A stretch of 64,000 nucleotides of DNA, taken from the NCBI GenBank assembly GCA_976226885.1, contig OZ320318.1, forward strand, positions 24,490,001 through 24,554,000. Reading direction: 5' to 3'. Positions 38,654 to 51,500 of the stretch are shown in pieces (within the stretch, counting starts at the first letter, position 1; each line of letters begins with the position of its first letter). The notes beneath the pieces were generated by a model, which had not been told where the DNA came from, ran no database searches, and was given only the letters and a program-made list of their open reading frames with translations. Source of the stretch: Iphione sp. A-MEVVRFRX5. Lineage: Eukaryota. The position numbers and the translations under genes are program-made.

Positions 38654-41600
38654 GTATGTATACTGACCTATACCGATCAAGACTGTCATTGAAGCAAAGC
38701 TTAATATGGCTAGCGTACCGGCACCAAGTATCAAATGACAATGTTACTGCACTCTAAAGTAAAGTCACGAGTCCTATATTATTAGAGTAAGTGTAGGCTT
38801 AACTGGTGATGTGATGTTCTGTGATATAGGATGTTAGCGTGTGGCAATTTTAGCCCACCGTGTTTTCACTGGCACCTTACAAGTACGACTGGTGTCTTGT
38901 CGCCACTAACAGACAGGACAGCACTCTAGTATTTTAGGGTGCAAGTAGCCTAAAATTTTCACATACAAACATCCTTAATGTCATATAAAAGTGATGAAAG
39001 AGATGCTAGTAGAATTAATGTAGAAATTGACACATATTCAAATAACTCCTTATAATTATTTATGAAGATTCCTTTGCAAAAATATGAGACAAGTGTATGT
39101 TGAATACGAAAATACAGCGTTGATCCAATTGGTTATTTCAATAACATCTTCTCTCCAGTGATGCCAATCTGATATGTTTTCTCTGAGATCAATGTGCTTC
39201 CAGAACCCATTTATATTCTGCACTTTAGTGTTAAATCATCGCATGACTGCTTTTGATGAAATTTCCCGAGGTCCGGCAGATTTCCAGAAACAAATGTGTC
39301 TTATAATCTACTCAGCATAATAGCCTGTTAAAACTTAGACTTCCAAAAACACACATAAATGCTAATATTCGTTTTAACCCGGTGTTAATGTGTTACTGAA
39401 AATGCATGTACACAACACAATACATTAAGCTAAAGATACACAGAACCGTTCAAGGCATTAGCAGTCCCGCCAGTTGTAATATCGTTTACTTCAGCCTTAT
39501 GGACAGGAGTTCCCTCAATGAACGAATCTCTTCTGTGAATTGTAACTATAAAAACATTTTATTCACTCTTTTTTCACGAATTTTTCTTGAAATGTCATGG
39601 CACCGAAGGAAATTTCAAATCATAATTACAATAACTGAACATTGATGTATGTATAATGATTTTTTAAATGTTGCTGTCGTTTTTGCGAATATTTCCTTCC
39701 ATATTATATCAGGATCTCATTTTGTTTTGCTACAGTTGTGATTTTGATTTCAGTCCTTTGTAATCATTATAACATTTCTACTTCCGTGTAAAGATTTGGT
39801 TAAGTGATATATTATTTTACCCAATTTCCTTGTAAATTATGTACCCAACTATTGGATTTAATTATCGATACTTATAATGCCTACAGCTAACAATACATTG
39901 ACCTTGAGATTTATTCAAATGCGCGAACGCTCTTGATTGACTTTTCTGACCTTACCCTTGATCCTAATCTTGAACTGTTGTTGCATCATCGCAATCACCA
40001 AAGTGACTCTAAGTAAGTAAATGGACCGGCAAGAAATTCAAATCTGCCCAACAGTATGTTTATGTATCTCTCGCTGATATTCGGCTTGGCCTAACTTATC
40101 TGACGTCATCACAAGCACAGCAGACCAATCAGAACATAGTTTACTGCCTGAATCACTGTCTGCTTTCGGTCCACGATGTACTGCCCTTTCAATTTTCAAA
40201 TTATTATTTTTTATTTAGGATGGATGTGAAATGCACCAAATCATTAACAACAAAACATAAGGCTTGGATGTAAAGAAAGTGTACTAGGGTTAGCAGCTCT
40301 ACATTGGAAATCGCTAGTTTCAAGTTTTATTCCTATTCATACAGCGGTAGTCACACTCGTTTCATGCAAGGAATGACGTTTTAAGTTCACCTACGCGCGT
40401 AAGTCGTATACATGTATTTAGGAAAACCAATTTGAATAGTTTTGAATAGTGTTTTTATTTTCATTTCATTGAAGGCTATCATCTTTGTTGCGAAAGTGAT
40501 ACTTTCCTCAGTCAAAGACCCAGTACCTTTTAACTAAGGACACCAACCGTCGTATTTAGAGAAGACCTAGCATCTGCAAACAATTGCATGATACTCAGGT
40601 TTCCTTACATATCGGTCATCTCTTTGTCATGAGGACATTATTAAATTGCGTATCAGTTTTCCCTTAAGTGAAAATATGAGGTCATCGCTTGCAGAGAATT
40701 TATGATGTTTCCTAGGAAAATGCTGCGTCAGCAAATCCACATTTTTGTAAGGCTACAGAGAAGGCATTAAAAATCAAACCTTGGAGTATTATAGTGTATA
40801 ATACGTTTGTGGCACTTTTAAAAGAAGTGGCCCAAGATGATACATTGACCAGTATCATTTTTTTGCCTGCGGTATCGTTACACCCGCTAAACCTCGTGAT
40901 TCTGTTTTGATTCTAAGCGCATTCAACTTTGTGCCAGATTTCCCATCTCATTTAAGACGTACAAAAATAATGTGTCCATTGGTATTCAATATACCTCATT
41001 TGTTTGCTTTTCTCTTTCATTAAACAAATTAGAGGCTTTGATCCGGGATTGATTAAATGAACGGCTTTTATAAGAAAAACACACGACCTCTTTGCGGCAA
41101 AGTGAAGAGATTAATTGCTCAGTTTCTTTTGAGAAAATCTCAGTACGGATAATCCTCATGTATGCCATTCATCAAACGCAGTCGTTTTGAAAAGGTCTAT
41201 TCCTTCCATATTGCTTGTGCCTGCTGAACCTAATTTGATTTCCCGGGCCAAAATTGACTTTATGCATGTCGGCATAATCACTACTACGATGGCATTTTGG
41301 GGCCATTTCACTCAGACGCGCATGTGTACCATGCTCAATATCGACATAAATGGACAGACCTTACCAAATCTTTTTGGGGTCTTACGTCCACTTTTGTATG
41401 AGAGGATCATCATTTAACTAAAAACAGCACGAACGGATGCTTTAATTTCACGAGAACCGTGGATGTACGCAAGATGTGCCATTCTCGCAGGGAAAAGAGG
41501 CGGCTGGTGGTTTGTATATGCAAAGACATAGCTGTTGGAACATTTCATTCCCCTGAGTATCAAATTCCAAGGCCACCTTGCCAGTCTCTCCGGCAAGACT

Positions 41601-43374
41601 ACTGTAGGCGCTTTCAACACTACTAGTTACTGGTGATTTGCTCATCACAGAGTAGATATATTTTCTCATACGATTTATATATGTTGCCCATAGGTAGTCT
41701 TTAGTTAATGAGGGGAAATCACAGTAATAGCCAGGGACAATGAGGCCTTTTGTCATTGCAGGGGGGCTTTAAAGTCCGAGTGCTCGCCCATGCCGGCATC
41801 CAGGTGGAGCAAGGCGGACGCCATTACGTGTGAAAGGACCTTAATTAGGACTCTCAGGTCAGGGATCAATGACTTCCACACAGCCATCACTAATTCCCTC
41901 ACTGTACCTCGTCAATAGTCTACCTCCTGAAACTTTACCCTTCTGTCGATCTGTTAGAGGGACTGTCCATGACTTGGTTTCTTTCCATTTCTGCTCTCTG
42001 TTGACTTTCAATCACAGGCACTGTTTACTTCTCTTTGACTCACATGGGTGTTCTTCTATTACATTCCCCATCGATCACATTCTTTATTTCTAAAGGCCCC
42101 CTTCTTTCTGCTTGTATCACTTTGCGTGGGCGGCCATATATAACAGGGGTGTACACATGACATCTAGTATAGAAAACCACCGTACCCTTATCCAATATCT
42201 AAAAAATATCAAGGTTTGAGACATTGATAAACAGAAAATAGTCCATAATCATTTGGGAGTAGAAAACCTTTGTAGGGTAGGACCCACATTCATTGATTAA
42301 TGGGACTTATGATGGTTATAATTCTAAAATATTGTGAAATGGGCAGCAAAATGAAATCATTGCAAGGCTTCCTTTCTCAAGAAATTCCTTTTGTGGACGA
42401 GGATAATCAGTAGAAAGTTACCCTTAATTATACAGCAGCAAAGGGCCTCGATCGACTTTTGAAATAGGATTACGTTTTCATTAATCTCAATAATGACAGA
42501 AGAGACACTGGGTGACCAGGAAATGCGCTATTCATTTGCTATCCTACTTCAGTGAGTTTAGGAAGCTTAGGCTTGACGAGCAAATGCGATATTATCGATC
42601 GCAGACCAAAGAGGGAAGCTTTGGTAAAATCCAATAGCAGTCGAGGTCGTTGCGACTGGAAAGCTATTACATATGGTCTTGTACTTGAGAAGTCAAAGGG
42701 GAGAAGCCTTTGAGCGGGTCAGAAAAGTGCAGGACCGGTTTCAAGGCAAGTATGGGGATCAAATGTCACGAATGATATTAAATAATACGGAGACAGTCAC
42801 AGCCAAGGCATGCTTGACCTGGCTGAGGAGACCGGCAAGTACTTTTTCCCTGACCTATTTCTTGTGGCAGGCAGAGATGTGCAATTAATGAAATGTATGG
42901 CTCCGTTAGCCAAAGCCCGACAGCACAGGGCATTTCTAGAACAGTTACCTCCTGTGTGCTCATGTAAACACGTCACGATGTAGATATAGGCGAATATATT
43001 TACAATTGCATTTAATGAAGCGAATTATTGTTATAGACACCATTACTTTGATATCGTTACTCCCGATACGAATGTGTATAAATGGTAATATACAATATAG
43101 TAAAGTCTAAAACGTATTGGCCTAAATGCTAATTATGACTGGAACTTAGAGATCAAAATCATACACATGAGCATTTACGTGGAGAAAAGGTACTCGGCTA
43201 ACTCTAGTGATAAATTAAACAAACGGATGAAATACACAGTACTAAATCAAATCCTTGTGAGAATCTGCACCTGCCCCTGAACATTTAACACATACCCTTG
43301 AACTGCACCACCTGTCTGTCCATAGAGTCCCAATAGACATTTTTGTTATAATATTTTATGTTTCTCAGACTTAC

Positions 43375-43545
43375 CCTCCTGCCCACTCAACACTGATTTG
43401 CTTCCCCTGGATATCCCCTGACACTGTGGCTGCCCCAATTGCTTCCTCAGCTTTGCCTGCTGCCTTGACACCCCTGCTGTCCTGCACCACTATGCAGTAC
43501 CTTTCATACCACCGGGAGAATGTCCTAGGTGATAAACGTTTTCTC
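43375..43545 (-). CDS. Candidate 171-nt symmetric exon, product unknown
   Basis: Minus-strand acceptor ctgccgctcacactccccag| and consensus donor AGG|GTAAGT. Only one frame is open: RKRLSPRTFSRWYERYCIVVQDSRGVKAAGKAEEAIGAATVSGDIQGKQISVEWAG. No partner exons identified. Confidence 0.25.
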
Positions 43546-44110
43546 CTGGGGAGTGTGAGCGGCAGTAGTAATTTCACAACCCAAGACGGCTGCACTATTT
43601 GAAAGACCGTATTAGAAAGATGGTCCATGAGAATCAAATCAAAATTTCAATATTAATTCAATGTCAGTACGCTAAAATAATCTCAGTTTGATTGAGAACC
43701 ACACCAATTAGATTAATGCATTAGCGTACCCTACTTTTCAGCTAACGTGACACATTTTTCTGTAAGTCACGTACATTCAACTCAATATTACGTGGCGGAA
43801 GTTAGTCAACATTATCGGAGCAGAACCAAAACATCACAACATGTATTAGCCAGCGCGTCACTCACAATAAAACGGTGCAATAATCAAGCCTGGTAATTGG
43901 TTGGCAATGCAATCTGTACTGAAGCCCGGAGCCTACGATATTGTTTGCCATATGATTGTTTGAAAAGTAATAACTTTTAAATTGCTTTCTGTTCTGGTTT
44001 ATTTAATTTTGTGACCATTTTCCAGCATATATTACAAGCTACATTTTTACATTAGCGTTGTTTATGATTTTGCTAAAGAGTTCATTTCATTCTACAAGAT
44101 TTGGAACGTT

Positions 44111-44176
44111 ATGGATGTACATATGTATGTAAGTATGTAGGTATGTATGGAAGGATGGATGGAGGGATGTATGTAT
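44111..44176. repeat. (ATGT/ATGG)n degenerate tetranucleotide repeat
   Basis: atgtatgtaagtatgtaggtatgtatggaaggatggatggagggatgtatgta. Confidence 0.85.
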
Positions 44177-47100
44177 ACTAAACATTAATGACATCGGAGT
44201 AATTTTCTACGTTTTGGTTTCAAAAAATCACCGAATTTACAGACATGTCAAGAATTCTACAAAGATTTACTTAGAGAAACAAAAAAGCTCGTGAGTTTTC
44301 GTATAACAATATCATGAAAACGTTGTCCTCTTACATTTTACCATGTATTCCATTTCACTCTGTGTGTACTCCATGTGCGGCTGGTGTGCTTACTGCATGA
44401 TATAACCTTTATATCTGCTCTGGACCATGGGCCATATAATACGTGCAGAAAAACATCCGCGTCGCAGGATCGGCTGTTTAAGAAGAATAAAATATGCACT
44501 ATGCGTCCGTGAACTAGTGATTAGTTTTTCAGCAAACATCTGCCATTTTAAGAGGTGCTGTATGGTGCCATACCTGGGTAGCATATTTTTGCCCAAAGAA
44601 GAAATTGGCACGGAAGGGAGGGGGGGGGGGGCTAGATTAGAGCGGATGAGTGATAGAGATTGAGAAGCATCGGTTTGACAAAAGATTTCTATTGAAGTAA
44701 AGGTCTGTAGCAACCAGAGGGATGAGCATAAGATATGATAAGAGGAAACAGGTTTCTATATGAGCCACACTGACTTGAATATATTTGAACTATTAAGTGC
44801 TTTGACATGGTATCGCAGATAGGTACCCTCTAAGAGAGGGATATCCATTCTTAAAGGCATATTCAAAGATGTACATTGTCTTTGATCATGATAGAGTAAG
44901 CTGTCCTGAAGCAGACGCTTACAGCTCCATTAGGACGTTCCATTATACTCCGTCCTGCCATGCAGGCCCATGTATACAGAAATAACGTCATCTTAGAATA
45001 GATATGAAAAGGGAAACCCTCCCGACGCTCAAACCACCCAAGCAGAGCAGAGCTGCGTATATTAATCGAATCTGTGGCCTCAGGACACACGACACGTCGA
45101 CGTCTCTGACGAACGCTTTGTCTCTCTTGGCTCATCTGTTTATCGAAATTTCAATCGCCGTAAATACTGTTCTCCACCGTATGATATTTTGCTTTTTTCC
45201 CACCCAAGGAACACAGGACGGGAACCATTGATCGAGCAACTTTTTCTACCCCAGCTCTAAGCGTGATTAATGCCTTCCATCTTCCAGGCAGTTTGTGTTT
45301 TTTTTTTTCAGCTCCCTTCTCCTTTGTTTCTTCTGCTAGCAGCGAACTGGGTTGGGGGTAATATGTGTGCCTTTGTCGGACTGGCGGGTCGGGGTGGGGG
45401 TTGGCGGGGATGAGATGAACACGCAGCCTGCCTATCGGTGCGTGTATAATGGAACTCCAGCTCACCGCCCAACATTCCTCCTCGCGGCCCTCGGGTGCCC
45501 ATCACTTTCACCATCTCTCCTTCCGATAGAGCGTACAAGCAATACAGCCGGAATACAATCACGCATGCTTAGATCGTTCCATGCTACTTAGATGGATACA
45601 ACTTCGTTATTAAACCATACATTAACTACTTTGTACCTGTTAACAATCACTCAAACAAAATGTCTAACATACTCTTATATTAGATTACGGACCGCATGGG
45701 AAATCTGCGAACAGCTTACAGAGTAGTATAGAGAAAATAATCTTTGTATCTGGACCGTTACTTCATTATTTAGACTACTGCAGCCAGGTCCACTCCAGCC
45801 ACTGGGCATAATACCATTAAATAAGTAATCAGTATCGATATATAAGCTAGAATACATGTTGACATTGCAAGGGAAGCAAAGTCTAAGCAAACCAAAATGG
45901 AAATTTGTACTTTTCTATTTACTGGATGACCGCCTTAGACTGTAATATATTCATGACGGCGGAAGATTGAATAAATACAGTGTACATGTACATGTACATG
46001 AATACTAACAGTCATGCAGATCTTTAATAATATAGGTATGGTGCAGATATCACTGCATAAGTCAAGAATACATGTCTATGGGTGGGGGCAGTTTTACTGG
46101 GGTCATCGGAGAAGACCACAGCGATTGAATTCAAAATGCATATATTATACATGTACATATAATGTATATATTATACGTTTATCCTTGTGTGTGACGCGCT
46201 TATGAACAAACGGCGTACATCTGTAGATGCACGAGACGAATTACTGAGTAGAAGCCTAGATGGGTGCAGTTACATGCTGAATCAGAACTCTGAAAAAAAA
46301 AGAAAGAGAAAGAAAGGGCAGAAAGTAATAGGGGGCCGCCGCTCGCCTGGTATTGATTGAGTCCTTTTACCACCCATTCGGATTAAAGGGAAGGCCAGCC
46401 ATGCGCCTAGAGAGAGCTAATACAGCGACTTATCACATGGACACATCTGACCCGTCTCCGGCATCACGAATAGGCCATGTTGTGTACCTTTGTGTGATGC
46501 CTTGCTATCCGCGCGAAGCCCTTAGGGGACAGGGATACGCCAGACTGCTCAGCCTGGCAAGGAACGGCCTCGGCCACTCGGCGCTAACGTATTTTGACAG
46601 CCGCAGGCAGTGGCCTTCTGTATAGAGACCCTCCTAGCATTTGATAACTGGCAACTTCAAAGACCCAATGGAAGGTATTATTCGTCCCTAAGTTCAGACT
46701 CGCCACCAGTATGGACCTCACTGCCCGGCGGTAACTAACAGTTTGTTAGTTTTGTTAGTCGCGAGTATGAATACGCAGCGGCGGAATTGAGATTTCTTTT
46801 GCTTCGACGCATGCTGCGTGGGATCCGCATCGTTCGGGGGTGGCTTTCAGACAGTTGCAGAACTCTTAGTCATGCGCAGGAAGCATTCCAAATAAGAGTG
46901 CGTCGACGAGGCTGGAATCGGTGATAAATAGAGGCAGCTGCAGTGTGAGGCTCTCCATCAAAAGTATCCTGGCAGCTCAAATCTTCTAGGCCAGCCTACA
47001 CCAGCCCAAACCGGCCAGCCAGCCAGCCACGCAGCGCGCCGATCGCCTACCCAAGCAAGAGCAATGCAGACCGGGCGTCAGCGGCAGGGGTGCTCGACGG

Positions 47101-48020
47101 ATTAGCAACTGTGCAGAATCATTAATTCAAGCTGGATTAGCCGCGGTCGATGCCTGCCCGTCGCCACTCACTGGCAGTAACCAAGTAGCGCGTGTTTGAC
47201 AAAGACGATCGCCCAATTCTCGAGAAGCCGTCGTCCTCTTCCCGTCTTCCTCAAGATATCGGCGGTCCCTCGACAACCTTTGTTTATTTAGATTCGACGA
47301 CTACACTTGGCAATGGTTGCTCTCTCGATTTTATGCCCACTAACCAAGAAAAACAGCCGACGTTCTTGTAGATGAAAGCTAATATCAATGCGGAATGAAA
47401 TGTTCTTTTTCTAGTAGAAAAGCGAGTTTCCTGGCATGGTGGAGCCCAAACAGTCGATCACCGAGCAGAAATGTCTCTGATAGAATGATACTGTATCACT
47501 GCGACTCCCAGTTGGCCGTTACACAAGCCCTGGTGGCTCTCTATTTGTAGCGGGACCGAACGTGAACAGCTAGTGCTAATGGATAGCGGCCACCCATGCT
47601 CTAGGGAGATGCCCCCTACCTCTAGGGCTTGCACTACATGCCTGTGCAGCTTGAGCAAATTGAAACAGTCGCCAAGAAAAAAAACCCTGTAAATTAATAG
47701 AATCTCTTGATTTTTTTAAAATAACGAGCAAAATAGACCACCTGGGGTGCACAGAAAAAAGCTCTAGGTAGGACAGACTTTAGAGATGTGCATATGTCTA
47801 TATAATAAAGCGGATTACTTCGTATGGAGAAAGAAACAAAAGAAGAAAAATAGACCGGCAAATCGCCATCACTCGCGACATCCAGCAGGATTGGTACAAA
47901 GATATGCTAATACGAGTAATAAAGATTGAAGCACAATCAGTTCCTGCTGGCACAACGAACCAGGTCTTGGGTAGAATTAAAGTCTTCAGAAACTGTAAGA
48001 TTGGCGAACACCCAATAACC

Positions 48021-48052
48021 GCAGCGACAGCAGCAGCAGCAGCAGTAGCAGC
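48021..48052. repeat. (GCA)n trinucleotide repeat, interrupted
   Basis: gcagcgacagcagcagcagcagcagtagcagc. Confidence 0.95.
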
Positions 48053-48207
48053 GGTACGGGCAGTTGGCTTCGAGGGCAGGAGCAGCATCAGCGGAGTCGG
48101 CCGAGGCAGAGGCAGAGACCATTAGTGAAGACTGCCTTACCAGCAGGCGCAAGGACATAGCCCTCCTCTGCCTTGGCCTGTCAGCCGGTTGGGAACGTTA
48201 CTGGGGC

Positions 48208-48287
48208 ATGTGGCCTGAGCAGCTCAGAGCAGCCGAGAGCAGCTACGGATCTGGAGGAGGAACGCACCACCGCGGCAGCCAGACAGG
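48208..48287 (+). CDS. Candidate alternative first coding exon (MWPEQLRAAESSYGSGGGTHHRGSQT, phase 2)
   Basis: ATG at 48208, then 26 codons + GG, then donor AGG|GTACGT at 48288. Confidence 0.25.
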
Positions 48288-48745
48288 GTACGTCGGGGCC
48301 GCTTCTAGAAGGCGCGTCGTGGTGCTGACGTCATTATCCCGCTCTTCATCACCACCACCTCACCTCCTCTTCCCACATCGACGCCACGGTAGCGGTGTGG
48401 CCGTGACCAGCCCTTGTACTGCGGCCAGTCCGAGTAATTACCTAACATCGTGACGCGTGTGAGGCCAAGCCCCCGGGGGCCTACCTGCCGCTTATAATGT
48501 TCTGTCCCATAACCACCAGCGGCGGCGGCAACCAACACTATTGATTGTGCGTCAGGTGTAGACGGTACCGGGCCCGCCACCTAACACCCATTATCGCCCG
48601 CCGGTTCCCAGTCTCGTGCCTACCTTTCCCGACGTGGCAGGACCCGGGCCGCACGGAAGCCACGCCACGGAGCTTCTATCAAGCTGGATATCATCGGTGT
48701 GTCCACCATACTCCGGAGGGAGTCCGAACGCATCAATGAAGCCGC

Positions 48746-48753
48746 ATGGCTAG
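48746..48753 (+). CDS. Candidate first coding segment ATG GCT AG (phase 2)
   Basis: Kozak-like gccgcATGg context, followed directly by donor TAG|GTAGGT at 48754. Confidence 0.4.
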
Positions 48754-49134
48754 GTAGGTACCGCCTCTGCGCTCCGCCTTTGTCGCCCCCTCACAACCTT
48801 CTCACGTCTGTGCTAAAGCTCAATCGCAGCGCTCGCAGCGTCAAACAGAACAACTTCGCTGTTTGCTATCTTACTATCACTCATCGCCTCTCTCAAAGCG
48901 ACCGACGAAAAATGCTTTCCTCATCATTTTCTATGCATCTGCCTCCATCCATACCTCTCTGCACGTGGTCTCCCTACGGGCCGCTCCATTCATGGCTCTC
49001 GTACGACAAGCCATGACATTCTGTTGATACAGTAGTTATCACGCGATGCGAGTACACCCCCATAGGGTAATTACAAGGTAATACATAAAGGCTACCACTT
49101 CCTTCTGCTGACATTCAATTAATCTTTCCTTTAG

Positions 49135-49146
49135 CGCTCCTGTAAG
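49135..49146 (+). CDS. Candidate 12-nt microexon (C GCT CCT GTA AG)
   Basis: AG-free pyrimidine-rich 3' splice region ccacttccttctgctgacattcaattaatctttcctttag, with TGC and branch-like CTGAC at 49106-49112. Donor AAG|GTAATG. Open in phase 2. Confidence 0.4.
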
Positions 49147-49833
49147 GTAATGTATAAGTCCCCGTCTAAATGTAGATAAAAGTCTAGGAACAAAAGCGGA
49201 CGGTACAGTGACGATGCTATTCTGGCCAGGTGAGTTCAGTGGTGTGCTAGACACTGACTTATTCAGTGCATCTTTGATCTGCAACAATGTCAACAGATCC
49301 CGTCAATCCAAATGTGAAGGAAGGTCAGTTTGATAGAAAACTATCTCTAATGCACGGTGGGGAAAGACATCGCCTGATTAACCTGTTCTTGCGCTACTGA
49401 GATGAATTCGTAACGGACTTTCGTCCCGAACAACCACCAATAAGTTGCACTGGAGGAAATCAATGGGATGCCCTAAGGCCAGCACAGTACGACGTCTACA
49501 TCATAGGATGTAAACAGAAGAGTACGGGAATAAAATCGTGCAAAGCTTTGCTTCTCAATACCAAAACAATTTGCCAGAGTTTGGTTTTTGATGAATTTCG
49601 AAAAGTGTTTTCATTGGATTCTGTCAATCCAATAAAACAAGACCATCAATAAAATCTTGATGCCTTTTTTTGAAAGATTATCTGATTTGAAATAAACTTT
49701 TGTTATTTCCATTGGGACATATATGCCTTTATAATGACATTCATACTTATGTGAGTGTGCCAATTCTGAACGCACAACATAATAACTAAAACAGAAATAT
49801 GATGTCTGAATGCAAACCATTTTTGAACTATAG

Positions 49834-49848
49834 ACTGTTTGAAATCAG
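49834..49848 (+). CDS. Candidate 15-nt microexon (A CTG TTT GAA ATC AG)
   Basis: Acceptor tgcaaaccatttttgaactatag with TGC at 49811-49813 and donor CAG|GTGAGA. Open in phase 2; phase 0 has a stop. Confidence 0.35.
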
Positions 49849-50539
49849 GTGAGAATTACCTTCGCAGTTCTTGCAGTGATTAGAAAGAGCCGACCGCATT
49901 CCAGAAGACCCTGCACATTTCAGGAACCTCCTGGCTAGATAATACATCCAAACGGTATACCGTAGATCAGCCTAGTCTCTCGGAGTAGACTCCCATGTCC
50001 TCCATTACAGATGATACTCTTCTGATATTCTCTTTCTGATCACCCAATTAAAAGATGTCAGTGGCCACCCAATACCTTGATTAGTAATCATTGCGACGTG
50101 GAGTCTGGCATGAATATGTCATAGCATAGAGTTGGCTGCGAGGAATATATAATTCCTACTGCCATTGTATCACTTGGCCTGCACATGAATTCTGTATGGA
50201 AAGCCTGCAATCGCTCTGTATGCCTTAAGTGAGACCGTTTCCTACGTAAGAGAGGAGCGTGGCACGTGAATAACCGAGGTGCAGCCCACTTGTGATGCTG
50301 CCATTATTGGTGTTGGGCAAACAACGTTAATGACACATACGCCATTGTCGTTGGTAACGATCTGCTGCCGAGGAAACACTCTCCTACTCCTGTGCCTGCT
50401 CCTAGGATATCACTTCACTCACCTTTCCCCCGATTCCGAATAGCCGACATTCAGGACAGCTCAAAACGTCCAACTTGATTCCCTCTGGTATTTCATGGTC
50501 TGAAGAGAAGGAAGTTACCAGTTGCAGATATGGAACATA

Positions 50540-50715
50540 TTCTACGTATATGTATCAAATAATTGGTGCAGATAAAATAATGTATCACTTCAATATGGTT
50601 CTCGAAATCAAGCAGGGATTTCATAGTCCATAGAAAGTTAGGTACCAGGCATAGTTCTACATACATTCATCAAACAATTGGTGCAGATAAAGTAATTTAT
50701 CACTTCAATATGGTT
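50540..50715. repeat. Direct repeat with 115-bp period (2 copies)
   Basis: atcaaa(t/c)aattggtgcagataaa(a/g)taat(g/t)tatcacttcaatatggtt at 50554-50600 and 50669-50715. Confidence 0.9.
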
Positions 50716-51331
50716 TTACAAAATCCTGGCTATTTGAAGTTGATTCCAACACGGACCATGTGAATATACATAGGACGGTAGTAGAGCATATTATATTGCA
50801 CATTAATGGCCAATATGTTGTCACCAAAGAGGATGTAGTAGGGAGGGAGTCTCCTTTCAGAGTTGACTTAGGAGACAGGAACAACAGACTAGCAGAGGGC
50901 GAGGGAGAAAAGAAGGGGATTACACCATATGTGATCAATAAAAGATTGATCATACTTTATTGATCTAGCGGGCGACCGCCTGCCCGTTAATGGCCACAGA
51001 ATAATGAAAACACGATGTCATGCAGTCCACGAGAATTCAGGATCTAGACTCTGTTTTTACAGCTCAGCCCGTTCTGCCCGCAATACGGTGTTCAGGGGAG
51101 GCGTTTCCGTATATTTTAGTGTTGTGTGCTCTTGATATATGGTAGACATAAATACTTAATTATGTTATTACTGTTCCTCGGTACTTCCGTTTATGGCTGA
51201 GACCAGGATAGCCTTGCCACCTACATAAAGCACAGGCTATATCGGCAGTATTCTATAGACTACAACACCAACATGCATCAGTCATAGTATCTCTACATCT
51301 TAAGGGGATTCATGGTATACTGCATTATGTA

Positions 51332-51500
51332 CAATAGAACCTCGGTATTAGACTACCCCAGAAAAAGGGAAACTCTTTAATTGGGACAAATCTTGTTTGA
51401 ACCAAGCCTTTCATTTATAGTTTATCTCTCATAACCGGAGACACCCCCTAAATTGGAACCACTGTGAACCAAGGGTATCCCCCTAAGCAAGGTTTTACCA
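51332..51500. mobile_element. Probable Tc1/mariner (pogo/Tigger-like) MITE, degenerate
   Basis: TA|caatagaacctcg ... caaggttttacca|TA. The 13-nt termini match at 8/13 as inverted repeats and resemble CAGTA(G/A)AACCTCG ends. TA on both sides; 169 bp; internal ggagacacccc-type motifs. Confidence 0.45.

Larger units (their letters stand above)
46900..49050 (+). promoter_or_regulatory. Largest CpG-rich island, probable promoter/5' UTR/first-exon region
   Basis: About 2 kb of high CpG, TATA-like ATAAATAG (~46925) and TATATAA (~47799), (GCA)n in a UTR-like leader, CRE at 48326-48333, and two ATG-containing segments that end at donor sites. Confidence 0.5.

Noticed and set aside
39060-39310. Minus-strand peptide ...SKAVMR*FNTKVQNINGFWKHIDLRE, vaguely like an F-box tail
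   Set aside because: It contains a stop, lacks the upstream LPxE-I-F-L F-box core, and has no splice context.
49135-49229. Longer 95-nt version of the first microexon using donor CAG|GTGAGT at 49230
   Set aside because: It has stops in all three frames, so it is not coding. It could only be a non-coding or poison variant.
50966-50990. GC hairpin next to CTAG, considered as a Helitron 3' end
   Set aside because: There is no spacer between the hairpin and CTAG, the flank is not the expected T, and no 5' TC terminus or Helitron body was found.
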